A DNA stretch of 46,954 bases from Chiloscyllium plagiosum. Lineage: Eukaryota. Below are positions 11,521 through 23,789 of the stretch, piece by piece. The translations under genes and the position numbers were made by a program. Where the stretch lies: contig NW_025214837.1 in the NCBI RefSeq assembly GCF_004010195.1, positions 5,482 to 52,435 on the forward strand, in the 5' to 3' direction. The first letter of the stretch is position 1, and each line of letters starts with the position of its first letter. The notes beneath the pieces are model-generated. The model saw only the letters and a list, made by a program, of their open reading frames with translations, was not told the origin of the DNA and did not search any database.

Positions 11521-12032
11521 AATGTTGATTAAAGCGTGCCGAGCAGCAGAGTGACTAATGTTGTTGTGTGTCTTTGTATTGGAGAAGCTGAGCTGGAGAG
11601 AGACAGACTCAGCCCCAAGTCCTGGTCCTCAGTGAAGGGGAGGGCACAGCGTCCTGAGCTAAGGAGCTGGGTTTAACTCCCTCTGTTCCCCCCCACTCCA
11701 ACCTGACCTCCTCATTTCCTCTCCCCTACTCTTTCTCCTCATTTCTCTCCCTCTTTCTCTCTCTGCACACTCTCTCTTTCTCACCACGTCTCCATTTCAC
11801 TCTCCCTCATCCACTTTCTCTCTCTCACACACACCCCTAACCCTGATTTCTCCACCTGCCTCCATTCTTTCCTCTCCCCCTCCCCTGCACTCACTCTCTC
11901 CTGCCGTCTGCCCTCCTCCCGCAATACCGTCTCTACTCCATTTTCCCCCTCCTCCCACCTCCCATCTCTCTCTATCATCTCACAACCACCCCTCCAACCA
12001 CATGCAGCCAAAGCACAAACCTTCCCCACCCC

Positions 12033-12312
12033 CAGCCCAGGCTGGATTAGAGGAAGAGGGAGAAGTCAGAGAGACAGAGTGTGTCAGAGAGAGAGGAAGT
12101 GGCAGGAGGGAGAGAGATTTGGTCAGAGAGAAACAGAGCGAGGTGGGGAGAAAGAGAGACCTAGATAGGGGGCAGCCCAGGCTGGATTAGAGGAAGAGGG
12201 AGAAGTCAGAGAGACAGAGTGTGTCAGAGAGAGAGGAAGTGGCAGGAGGGAGAGAGATTTGGTCAGAGAGAAACAGAGCGAGGTGGGGAGAAAGAGAGAC
12301 CTAGATAGGGGG
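12033..12312 (+). repeat. 140-bp perfect tandem duplication, GA-rich
   Basis: gctggattagaggaagaggg at 12041 and 12181; identical through to ctagataggggg. Confidence 0.92.
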
Positions 12313-12334
12313 ATCGAGAGTGAGAGAAGGTGAA

Positions 12335-15300
12335 GAGAGACTGAAGGAGCAGGGCGATAGTGAGAGAGTGAGAGAGTGAGAGACTGAAGGAGCAGGGCGA
12401 TAGTGAGAGAGTGAGAGAGTGAGAGACTGAAGGAGCAGGGCGTTAGTGAGAGAGTGAGAGACTGAAGGAGCAGGGCGATAGTGAGAGAGTGAGAGACTGA
12501 AGGAGCAGGGCGATAGTGAGAGAGTGAGAGACTGAAGGAGCAGGGCGATAGTGAGAGAGTGAGAGACTGAAGGAGCAGGGCGATAGTGAGAGAGTGAGAG
12601 ACTGAAGGAGCAGGGCGATAGTGAGAGAGTGAGAGACTGAAGGAGCAGGGCGATAGTGAGAGAGTGAGAGACTGAAGGAGCAGGGCGATAGTGAGAGAGT
12701 GAGAGACTGAAGGAGCAGGGCGATAGTGAGAGAGTGAGAGACTGAAGGAGCAGGGCGATAGTGAGAGAGTGAGAGACTGAAGGAGCAGGGCGATAGTGAG
12801 AGAGTGAGAGACTGAAGGAGCAGGGCGATAGTGAGAGAGTGAGAGACTGAAGGAGCAGGGCGATAGTGAGAGAGTGAGAGACTGAAGGAGCAGGGCGATA
12901 GTGAGAGAGTGAGAGACTGAAGGAGCAGGGCGATAGTGAGAGAGTGAGAGACTGAAGGAGCAGGGCGATAGTGAGAGAGTGAGAGACTGAAGGAGCAGGG
13001 CGATAGTGAGAGAGTGAGAGACTGAAGGAGCAGGGCGATAGTGAGAGAGTGAGAGACTGAAGGAGCAGGGCGATAGTGAGAGAGTGAGAGACTGAAGGAG
13101 CAGGGCGATAGTGAGAGAGTGAGAGACTGAAGGAGCAGGGCGATAGTGAGAGAGTGAGAGACTGAAGGAGCAGGGCGATAGTGAGAGAGTGAGAGACTGA
13201 AGGAGCAGGGCGATAGTGAGAGAGTGAGAGACTGAAGGAGCAGGGCGATAGTGAGAGAGTGAGAGACTGAAGGAGCAGGGCGATAGTGAGAGAGTGAGAG
13301 ACTGAAGGAGCAGGGCGATAGTGAGAGAGTGAGAGACTGAAGGAGCAGGGCGATAGTGAGAGAGTGAGAGACTGAAGGAGCAGGGCGATAGTGAGAGAGT
13401 GAGAGACTGAAGGAGCAGGGCGATAGTGAGAGAGTGAGAGACTGAAGGAGCAGGGCGATAGTGAGAGAGTGAGAGACTGAAGGAGCAGGGCGATAGTGAG
13501 AGAGTGAGAGACTGAAGGAGCAGGGCGATAGTGAGAGAGTGAGAGACTGAAGGAGCAGGGCGATAGTGAGAGAGTGAGAGACTGAAGGAGCAGGGCGATA
13601 GTGAGAGAGTGAGAGACTGAAGGAGCAGGGCGATAGTGAGAGAGTGAGAGACTGAAGGAGCAGGGCGATAGTGAGAGAGTGAGAGACTGAAGGAGCAGGG
13701 CGATAGTGAGAGAGTGAGAGACTGAAGGAGCAGGGCGATAGTGAGAGAGTGAGAGACTGAAGGAGCAGGGCGATAGTGAGAGAGTGAGAGACTGAAGGAG
13801 CAGGGCGATAGTGAGAGAGTGAGAGACTGAAGGAGCAGGGCGATAGTGAGAGAGTGAGAGACTGAAGGAGCAGGGCGATAGTGAGAGAGTGAGAGACTGA
13901 AGGAGCAGGGCGATAGTGAGAGAGTGAGAGACTGAAGGAGCAGGGCGATAGTGAGAGAGTGAGAGACTGAAGGAGCAGGGCGATAGTGAGAGAGTGAGAG
14001 ACTGAAGGAGCAGGGCGATAGTGAGAGAGTGAGAGACTGAAGGAGCAGGGCGATAGTGAGAGAGTGAGAGACTGAAGGAGCAGGGCGATAGTGAGAGAGT
14101 GAGAGACTGAAGGAGCAGGGCGATAGTGAGAGAGTGAGAGACTGAAGGAGCAGGGCGATAGTGAGAGAGTGAGAGACTGAAGGAGCAGGGCGATAGTGAG
14201 AGAGTGAGAGACTGAAGGAGCAGGGCGATAGTGAGAGAGTGAGAGACTGAAGGAGCAGGGCGATAGTGAGAGAGTGAGAGACTGAAGGAGCAGGGCGATA
14301 GTGAGAGAGTGAGAGACTGAAGGAGCAGGGCGATAGTGAGAGAGTGAGAGACTGAAGGAGCAGGGCGATAGTGAGAGAGTGAGAGACTGAAGGAGCAGGG
14401 CGATAGTGAGAGAGTGAGAGACTGAAGGAGCAGGGCGATAGTGAGAGAGTGAGAGACTGAAGGAGCAGGGCGATAGTGAGAGAGTGAGAGACTGAAGGAG
14501 CAGGGCGATAGTGAGAGAGTGAGAGACTGAAGGAGCAGGGCGATAGTGAGAGAGTGAGAGACTGAAGGAGCAGGGCGATAGTGAGAGAGTGAGAGACTGA
14601 AGGAGCAGGGCGATAGTGAGAGAGTGAGAGACTGAAGGAGCAGGGCGATAGTGAGAGAGTGAGAGACTGAAGGAGCAGGGCGATAGTGAGAGAGTGAGAG
14701 ACTGAAGGAGCAGGGCGATAGTGAGAGAGTGAGAGACTGAAGGAGCAGGGCGATAGTGAGAGAGTGAGAGACTGAAGGAGCAGGGCGATAGTGAGAGAGT
14801 GAGAGACTGAAGGAGCAGGGCGATAGTGAGAGAGTGAGAGACTGAAGGAGCAGGGCGATAGTGAGAGAGTGAGAGACTGAAGGAGCAGGGCGATAGTGAG
14901 AGAGTGAGAGACTGAAGGAGCAGGGCGATAGTGAGAGAGTGAGAGACTGAAGGAGCAGGGCGATAGTGAGAGAGTGAGAGACTGAAGGAGCAGGGCGATA
15001 GTGAGAGAGTGAGAGACTGAAGGAGCAGGGCGATAGTGAGAGAGTGAGAGACTGAAGGAGCAGGGCGATAGTGAGAGAGTGAGAGACTGAAGGAGCAGGG
15101 CGATAGTGAGAGAGTGAGAGACTGAAGGAGCAGGGCGATAGTGAGAGAGTGAGAGACTGAAGGAGCAGGGCGATAGTGAGAGAGTGAGAGACTGAAGGAG
15201 CAGGGCGATAGTGAGAGAGTGAGAGACTGAAGGAGCAGGGCGATAGTGAGAGAGTGAGAGACTGAAGGAGCAGGGCGATAGTGAGAGAGTGAGAGACTGA

Positions 15301-17741
15301 AGGAGCAGGGCGATAGTGAGAGAGTGAGAGACTGAAGGAGCAGGGCGATAGTGAGAGAGTGAGAGACTGAAGGAGCAGGGCGATAGTGAGAGAGTGAGAG
15401 ACTGAAGGAGCAGGGCGATAGTGAGAGAGTGAGAGACTGAAGGAGCAGGGCGATAGTGAGAGAGTGAGAGACTGAAGGAGCAGGGCGATAGTGAGAGAGT
15501 GAGAGACTGAAGGAGCAGGGCGATAGTGAGAGAGTGAGAGACTGAAGGAGCAGGGCGATAGTGAGAGAGTGAGAGACTGAAGGAGCAGGGCGATAGTGAG
15601 AGAGTGAGAGACTGAAGGAGCAGGGCGATAGTGAGAGAGTGAGAGACTGAAGGAGCAGGGCGATAGTGAGAGAGTGAGAGACTGAAGGAGCAGGGCGATA
15701 GTGAGAGAGTGAGAGACTGAAGGAGCAGGGCGATAGTGAGAGAGTGAGAGACTGAAGGAGCAGGGCGATAGTGAGAGAGTGAGAGACTGAAGGAGCAGGG
15801 CGATAGTGAGAGAGTGAGAGACTGAAGGAGCAGGGCGATAGTGAGAGAGTGAGAGACTGAAGGAGCAGGGCGATAGTGAGAGAGTGAGAGACTGAAGGAG
15901 CAGGGCGATAGTGAGAGAGTGAGAGACTGAAGGAGCAGGGCGATAGTGAGAGAGTGAGAGACTGAAGGAGCAGGGCGATAGTGAGAGAGTGAGAGACTGA
16001 AGGAGCAGGGCGATAGTGAGAGAGTGAGAGACTGAAGGAGCAGGGCGATAGTGAGAGAGTGAGAGACTGAAGGAGCAGGGCGATAGTGAGAGAGTGAGAG
16101 ACTGAAGGAGCAGGGCGATAGTGAGAGAGTGAGAGACTGAAGGAGCAGGGCGATAGTGAGAGAGTGAGAGACTGAAGGAGCAGGGCGATAGTGAGAGAGT
16201 GAGAGACTGAAGGAGCAGGGCGATAGTGAGAGAGTGAGAGACTGAAGGAGCAGGGCGATAGTGAGAGAGTGAGAGACTGAAGGAGCAGGGCGATAGTGAG
16301 AGAGTGAGAGACTGAAGGAGCAGGGCGATAGTGAGAGAGTGAGAGACTGAAGGAGCAGGGCGATAGTGAGAGAGTGAGAGACTGAAGGAGCAGGGCGATA
16401 GTGAGAGAGTGAGAGACTGAAGGAGCAGGGCGATAGTGAGAGAGTGAGAGACTGAAGGAGCAGGGCGATAGTGAGAGAGTGAGAGACTGAAGGAGCAGGG
16501 CGATAGTGAGAGAGTGAGAGACTGAAGGAGCAGGGCGATAGTGAGAGAGTGAGAGACTGAAGGAGCAGGGCGATAGTGAGAGAGTGAGAGACTGAAGGAG
16601 CAGGGCGATAGTGAGAGAGTGAGAGACTGAAGGAGCAGGGCGATAGTGAGAGAGTGAGAGACTGAAGGAGCAGGGCGATAGTGAGAGAGTGAGAGACTGA
16701 AGGAGCAGGGCGATAGTGAGAGAGTGAGAGACTGAAGGAGCAGGGCGATAGTGAGAGAGTGAGAGACTGAAGGAGCAGGGCGATAGTGAGAGAGTGAGAG
16801 ACTGAAGGAGCAGGGCGATAGTGAGAGAGTGAGAGACTGAAGGAGCAGGGCGATAGTGAGAGAGTGAGAGACTGAAGGAGCAGGGCGATAGTGAGAGAGT
16901 GAGAGACTGAAGGAGCAGGGCGATAGTGAGAGAGTGAGAGACTGAAGGAGCAGGGCGATAGTGAGAGAGTGAGAGACTGAAGGAGCAGGGCGATAGTGAG
17001 AGAGTGAGAGACTGAAGGAGCAGGGCGATAGTGAGAGAGTGAGAGACTGAAGGAGCAGGGCGATAGTGAGAGAGTGAGAGACTGAAGGAGCAGGGCGATA
17101 GTGAGAGAGTGAGAGACTGAAGGAGCAGGGCGATAGTGAGAGAGTGAGAGACTGAAGGAGCAGGGCGATAGTGAGAGAGTGAGAGACTGAAGGAGCAGGG
17201 CGATAGTGAGAGAGTGAGAGACTGAAGGAGCAGGGCGATAGTGAGAGAGTGAGAGACTGAAGGAGCAGGGCGATAGTGAGAGAGTGAGAGACTGAAGGAG
17301 CAGGGCGATAGTGAGAGAGTGAGAGACTGAAGGAGCAGGGCGATAGTGAGAGAGTGAGAGACTGAAGGAGCAGGGCGATAGTGAGAGAGTGAGAGACTGA
17401 AGGAGCAGGGCGATAGTGAGAGAGTGAGAGACTGAAGGAGCAGGGCGATAGTGAGAGAGTGAGAGACTGAAGGAGCAGGGCGATAGTGAGAGAGTGAGAG
17501 ACTGAAGGAGCAGGGCGATAGTGAGAGAGTGAGAGACTGAAGGAGCAGGGCGATAGTGAGAGAGTGAGAGACTGAAGGAGCAGGGCGATAGTGAGAGAGT
17601 GAGAGACTGAAGGAGCAGGGCGATAGTGAGAGAGTGAGAGACTGAAGGAGCAGGGCGATAGTGAGAGAGTGAGAGACTGAAGGAGCAGGGCGATAGTGAG
17701 AGAGTGAGAGACTGAAGGAGCAGGGCGATAGTGAGAGAGTG
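12335..17741 (+). repeat. 35-bp tandem array (gagagtgagagactgaaggagcagggcgatagtga), ~154 units
   Basis: Read directly; first two units are 43 bp, one substitution at 12443, otherwise invariant. Confidence 0.98.
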
Positions 17742-20700
17742 ATTTCCCAAATATCATTCCACGTTTCTATAGAGATTTCTAGTCCCAAATCCTGATCCCA
17801 TGTTTTAAGCAGATTATCCATATCTCCCGATACTTCATCATGTAGTAAATGATAAATAGTACTGACGGAAGATACCCCCACTGGTCGTAGGACACTACAT
17901 TCTCTAACCCCCCGGTGCATAGGGGGTTGTTTTATGTGAATTGCCCTCATTTTGCCGCATTATATTCCAAGCCTTGATTGTATTTAGTAGTATCGGGTTT
18001 TTATAGTGATCTGTAATGATTTTCCTCTTGTCTGAGAATAAAAAGTTAATAAGTGGGTATTTTACTTGAGAGGCCTCGATGTCCAACCAGATTGATTGTG
18101 GATCAGACAAGACCCAATCAGCTATGTAACTTAATAGGGAACTTAACTGATATTTCCTAAAGTCTGGGAAGTCCAATCCACCCCTTGCCTGTGGAAGCTG
18201 TAGCTTCTTCAGCTTAATGAGGGGCCGCCTATGATTCCAGATAAAGGAACCCAGCCAGCCATATAATTTACATAAAGCCGTCCTCGGCAGCATCACTGGA
18301 AGCATTCTCATAGGATATAGGAGACGGGGCAGGACATTCATTATGATTAATGCTATTCTACCCAACCAGGAAATTGGTAGGTCTCCCATCGCTTGAGGTC
18401 CTGCCTTATCCTTTCCAATAAATACACAAAATTAGCGTTATACAACTGACCAAATACTGGAGTAATAAAAATGCCTAAATATAAGAAGCCCTCCAGGGAC
18501 CAACGAAAGGGAAAAAGGGATCCATCCGCTAAGCGGGGTATCATAGCAAGACCACCCATTGGCATAGCCTCCGATTTGGATAAATTAATTTTATAGACTG
18601 AGAATGCACTAAATGTGTTGATAACTTGGATTAGGCGAAGTATGGACATCAGAGGGTTACTGAAGAATAGAAGAACATCATCTGCATAAAGGGTAATTTT
18701 TATGTTTAGCTGTACCAATCCTTGGGGCCACTATATTAGGATCAGCTCGTATAGCTTCTGCTAGTGGTTCAATTATTAGCGTAAATAACAATGGCGAGAG
18801 GGGACATCCCTGACGGCAGCCCCTACCCACACTGAAGATATCTGAACCTAATCCATTGGTAACCATAACTGCTTTGGGATCACTATACAATATTGAGACC
18901 CATTTGCTAAACACCTGTCCAACGCCAAACCTCTCCAATGTGTAAAACAAATATGACCATTCGACCCTATCAAATGCCTTTTCCGCGTCTAATGAAACCA
19001 CTACTCCTGGTATCTTTCCCTGATGACAGGCTTGAATCATATTCAGAGCCGTTCTAATATTATTAGATGATCTACGGCCCTTAATAAACCCCGTCTGATC
19101 CTCCTTTATAATACGTGGCAGTATCCTTTCTAGTCTCAGTGCTAACATTTTAGAAAGGATTTTAAAATCTACATTTAGCAAGGATACTGGTCTGTATGAT
19201 GTACAATCTTCTGGGTCCTTTCCTTTTTTAAGGATAAGAGAGATATTTGCCTCTTTCAGCGAAGATGGGAGACAGCCCTGATATTATGCATAGTTATACA
19301 TGTCCATAAGTGGACCAGTCAATATTTCTGTAAATTCTTTATAGAATTCATCTTGAAAACCATCTGGGCCCGGCGCATTACCATTTTGAAGTTGCCTAAT
19401 TGCATCAAGTATTTCTTGGAGTGTAAGAGGAGCATTTAGGACCGATACTTGTTCCAGAGTTAGGCCTGGTAAAGTCAATTTTTTTAAAAAAATGACTGCA
19501 TCCTCCTTGTCCTATCTTCACAACCCTGTGATTTATATAACTCAGAACAAAATTCTCTAAAGATCGCATTAATCTTTTTATGATCATGAGTCACAATACC
19601 TGTACTTTCCTTGATAGATGTAATAGTCTGAGGGGCCTTTTTTTTCTTTGCAAGAAATGCTAAGTATTTACCAAGTTTGTCGCCATATTCAAATAACGTT
19701 TGTTTTGCAAATAATATTTCCCTCTTAGCCGTTTGAGTAAGCGTAGTGTTTAGAGTTGTCCTAAGAGCTGTAATCCTTTGCAATTTAATAATAGAAGGTC
19801 TATCAGTGTATTCTGTTTCAGCCGCTTTTAAGCGGGCTTCAAACAGACGCTATTGTTCTCCCTTCAATTTCTTCTGGGTCGCTGAGTAGGAGATGATCAA
19901 ACATTACGTGTAAGCTTTGATGGTCTCCCACATCATTGACGAGTTGCTAGCTGCACCTGAATTAATTTCTAAAAAACTTTTAAATTCTTGAGATAAATCC
20001 TTTACAAATTTACTATCTTTCAGTAGGAAGGGGTCCATATGCCAATGCCGAGGGGATGTCCCATTGTTCCTCGCCTTAGTTTCCATATATGCAGCAGCGT
20101 GGTCAGAAATTGCTATACTACCTATTTCACAGGATGAAATGGAATTTAAAAAAAATCGAGGGAGCAAAAAACATATCAATTCTGGTATAACATTTATGTG
20201 GATTCGAGTAGAAAGAAAAATCTCTGCCCTGTGGATGAAGACATCTCCATACATCTACTAATCCTAATTCTTTGTTCAGATCCATCAATTGTCTAGATCT
20301 GGGAGATACTCCTGCAGTACTCTTGGGAATCCTATCTATTTCTGGATCCATAATACAATTAAAGTCTCCCCCTATAATGATATGACGGGCACCAAAAGCC
20401 ATCAATTTTGAAAAGGCTTCCGTTATAAATTTAAAAGGGGGTGCCGGGGGGCAGTACAAATTTAAAATCCCATATTCCTCTCCATTTATGAGGGCTTTAA
20501 TCAAGATATATCGTCTGATTCGTCTTTTATCTGCTTTAGGATTTTGAAAGGGAAATTCTTCCGAACAAGAATAACAACTCCCCTGTTTTTTTGAGCTAAA
20601 AGAAGAAAAAAGGCCTGATCAAATTCCCCCTGTCGTAATTTCAAGTGTTCTTTATCCGACAGGTGTGTCTCCTGTAGGAGAGCTATATCAACTCTTTCTT

Positions 20701-20791
20701 TCTTAAGATTTGATAATATTTTCTTTCTTTTGACTGGCGAATTACTCCCCTTGACATTCCAGGTGCACCATTAAGCCGACTGATCAACCAT
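17742..20791 (-). pseudogene. L1 ORF2 (APE endonuclease plus reverse transcriptase), with frameshifts and stops
   Basis: MVDQSA*WCTWNVKG, LLQETHL, GGDFN, SDH, APGPDG, SLDAEKAFDRVEW, RQGCPLSPLLF, YADD; split over several ORFs and cut before the C-terminal Zn knuckle. Confidence 0.93.
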
Positions 20792-21254
20792 AATCTTCTG
20801 GGCCAATCCGAGACCCCTCGGGAGGGGGAACCCTATCCAGAACATCCCGAGCGTAGAACATTTAAAATTTACAAAAATAAAACCTCTTTAATACATCCAC
20901 AACAATACAATAAAAAACTATTTCTAAATAAAAAAAATATAAAACGTATCTAAGTGGAGATTTTCCCCCTTGTTCCCAGGGGGTGTCACTTCCTCTCCAA
21001 AAGTCCATCATATCCTCTCCCAACCAATGCCCCACCCTTAACCCAGGCACTCTTCAATAAAATGAGGAGAATATAAAATAATAACAGAAAACAATCCCGG
21101 GGGAGGTGGGGGGGGGGGGGGGGTGGTGGAGAAAATCAAATCCCTGTCCCCACCACCCATGATAATATTAAACAGTAAGGTAAGAGAAAAAAAACGTGGG
21201 GATATAAACCAAAGCGGGGGGAAAGGCAAACCGACATCCATTATGTCTTACTGT

Positions 21255-22103
21255 TTATGTCAGTGAGTCCAAGAATTCGTTAGCCTTTTCTGGTGATCCA
21301 AAGTTATATACGGATCCTTCATGGTTAAAGCGTAACGTTGCTGGGTAGCGTAAGGAGTACTGAATATTTAAGTCCCTTAAACGCTTCTTCACCTCGTCAA
21401 ATGCCTTCCTCTTTCGAACCAGAGCCGGGGAAAAGTCCTGAAATAGCATGATCTTGGATCCTTTATAGATCATAGCTTTGGGGTCATTTCCGAGATTTCT
21501 AGAGGCTTCTAGGAGTATCTGCCTTTCCTTGTAGCTCTGCAGCCGGAACAGGATCGGGCGTGGACGCTGGTTTGAGCCGGGCCCGCTTATTTCGACCCGG
21601 TAGGCCCATTCCACCCTTACCTGGCCTGATCCAGCTTGCAGATTTAAAAGCTGTGGCAGCCACTGCTCCAGGAATGCTGTAAGCTGGCCTTCCTCTTCCC
21701 GTTCGGGAAGGCCCAGCAAACGAATATTTTTTCGACGACCTCGATTATCAATATGATTTTCCAAGGTCCGAACTCGCTGCTCGAGAGTTCGGACCTGATC
21801 CACGGCCGATTGAGCTGTAGTTTCGGAGGTCGCGGCCTTTAACTCCGCCCCTCCGATTCGGCACTCGATTTCTTGGATTTCTCGGTCGTGCTTCTGCAGC
21901 GCGGGCGAGAGTGAGTCCCAACGATTTCTGGATTCTGCAATAAAGGCATCGATCTTCGAAGCCAGCTTGGAAATCATTTCTGCAAGGCTTGTCACTGTAG
22001 GCAAGTCCCCCGGTGCGGCTGTGGACGCCTCTGCTGCAGCTGGAGAGGGTGGGGGAGGGGTTCCCGCTTGCTGAGAGCTGCGGGCTCCCTTCCCTTTAGT
22101 AAT
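21255..22103 (-). pseudogene. L1 ORF1 (Transposase_22-type RNA-binding protein)
   Basis: Coiled coil, NRGRRKNIRLLGLPE, RPRPIL, FQDFS, YPATLR; open frame extends to an in-frame ATT at 22103 (possibly a mutated ATG). Confidence 0.88.
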
Positions 22104-22255
22104 TTTTACTAAGGATTAAATTGTTTAAATGTAATATTACACAACTAATTAAATTACACAACTATTATAAATGATTTGGTGAGCGTGGTAGTGGGTGGGT
22201 GACCCACTGTACCCAAGTCTTGGGAGGAACACGATAGACGCAGTCTTGCTGGGTT

Positions 22256-22267
22256 GCCGCCATCTTG
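22256..22267 (-). promoter_or_regulatory. YY1-type motif at the L1 5' end
   Basis: CAAGATGGCGGC 8 nt from the element 5' end, as in mammalian L1 internal promoters. Confidence 0.65.
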
Positions 22268-22274
22268 GATCCCC

Positions 22275-22692
22275 GCATTCGCTTTCTTAATCACGGACTG
22301 AATCTGCATGTTTACCTTTAGAGAATCCTCAACTAGCACTCCAAGATCCCTCTGTACTTTGGCTTTACGAATTTTCTCACCGTTTAGAAAGTAGTCCATG
22401 ATGGCATTCTTTTTTCCAAAGTACAAGATCTCGCATTTGCTCACATTGAATTCCATCAGCCATTTCCTGGACCACTCTTCCAAACTGTCTAGATCCTTCT
22501 GCAGCCTTACCACTTCCTCAGTACTACCTGCCTGTCCACCTAACCTTGTATCATCGGCAAACTTCGCTCGAATTCCCCCAGTCCCTTCGTCTAGATCATT
22601 AATATATAACGTGAACAGCTGCGGCCCCAACACTGAACCCTGCCGGACACCGCTTGTCACTGGCTGCCATTCCGAAAAAGAACCTTTTATCC
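22275..22692 (-). mobile_element. 5'-truncated CR1 RT fragment interrupted by the L1
   Basis: QGSVLGPQLFTLYINDLD, KFADDTRLGG, RDLGVLV, IKKANA, then the L1 5' end. Confidence 0.92.
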
Positions 22693-23046
22693 GTTGGGCT
22701 ACGGGGTGGTTGGGTTGGTTGGTCCGGGTGTCCTAGAGTTGTTCTCTGAAACGTTCCGCCTTCCTAACCTGCAATCTTCTTCCTGACCTCTCCGCCCCCA
22801 CCCCACTCCGGCCTATCACCCTCACCTTGACCTCCCTCCACCTATCGCATTTCCAACGCCCCTCCCGAAGTCCTTCCTCCCTACCTTTTATCTTAGCCTG
22901 CTGGACACACTTTCCTCATTCCTGAAGAAGGGCCTATGACCGGAACGTCGATTCTCCTGTTCCTGGGATGCTGCCTGACCTGCTGCGCTTTTTCAGCAAC
23001 ACATTTTCAGCTCTGATCTCCAGCATCTGCAGTCCTCACTTTCTCC
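22693..23046 (+). mobile_element. Penelope-like remnant: inverted GIY-YIG piece plus pLTR with hammerhead motif
   Basis: 22757-22693 minus reads AERFREQL*DTRTNQPNHPVAQ; plus-strand pLTR has ctgaaga-gggcctatgacc-ggaacgtc at ~22922. Confidence 0.75.
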
Positions 23047-23054
23047 TAGTTAAG

Positions 23055-23600
23055 AATTGGACTTTGGGTATTGTGTTTCCTAATCGGGCATAGATTATAA
23101 GTGCTATACAGGACTTTGTTTCGTCCATGATGGAGTACTGTATGTATTTCTGGGAGCCACATTACAGGAAGGATGTGATTGTACTGGAGAGTTTGCAGAG
23201 GAGATTCACCAGGATGTCCCCTAGGATGGTGCATATCAGCTATGGAGAGAGGCTGGCTAAACTCGGGTTGTTTACTTTGGAGCATAAAAGGCTGGGAGGA
23301 TGTGCTTCAGAAGGATAAGATTATGAGCGACACGGACAGGGTGGATAGGCAGCAGATGTTCCTTTTAGTCAGAGGATCAAGAACAAAGGAGCACACTTTT
23401 AAAGTGAAACGTTTGACATTCAGAGAGGATTTAAACATTATTTTCACCTAGAGGGTGTTGTGTTCTGGGATTACTTCCTGAGGTGGAATTCATCACAAGT
23501 AACCTCACAATTATTAAAAAGTACTTGGACGAGTACTTGGAAGTGTCATAACATTCCAGGCTATGGACCTGTTGTAGGAAAATGGGACTAATATAGATCG
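23055..23600 (+). mobile_element. Degenerate CR1 3' fragment
   Basis: EYCMYFWEPHYRKDVIVLESLQRRFTRM...LAKLGLFTLE. Confidence 0.85.
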
Positions 23601-23789
23601 TGCTGTACGTCTGTAGACACAGAGTCGATGCTAGTGTGAGTGTATGGTGTGGAACGTCAATTATCAAGGCAAGAATTGATGAGTTTCTGAAGAGTATATT
23701 CACAACGGTTATAAGAGTGAACTGTAATAACTTGTTAAATCATGTCAATGTGAGAAATATGAGAAAACAAGTGCAGTTTCCTTACAGTT

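Larger units (their letters stand above)
17742..22274 (-). mobile_element. L1-clade LINE, 5'-intact, 3'-truncated, degenerate
   Basis: 5' end GGGGATCCAAGATGGCGGC, ORF1, ~460-bp spacer, then ORF2 with APE and RT. Confidence 0.95.

Noticed and set aside
12335..17741. CRISPR-like array (35-bp period)
   Set aside because: No spacers, no cas genes, vertebrate context
12123..17950. Three ORFs of >1800 aa on the minus strand, one fused to L1 ORF2 sequence
   Set aside because: By-product of a stop-free 35-bp unit; all three frames give the same 35-aa repeat
22154..22660. 168-aa ORF as a novel gene
   Set aside because: CR1 RT fragment reading through into the L1 5' UTR
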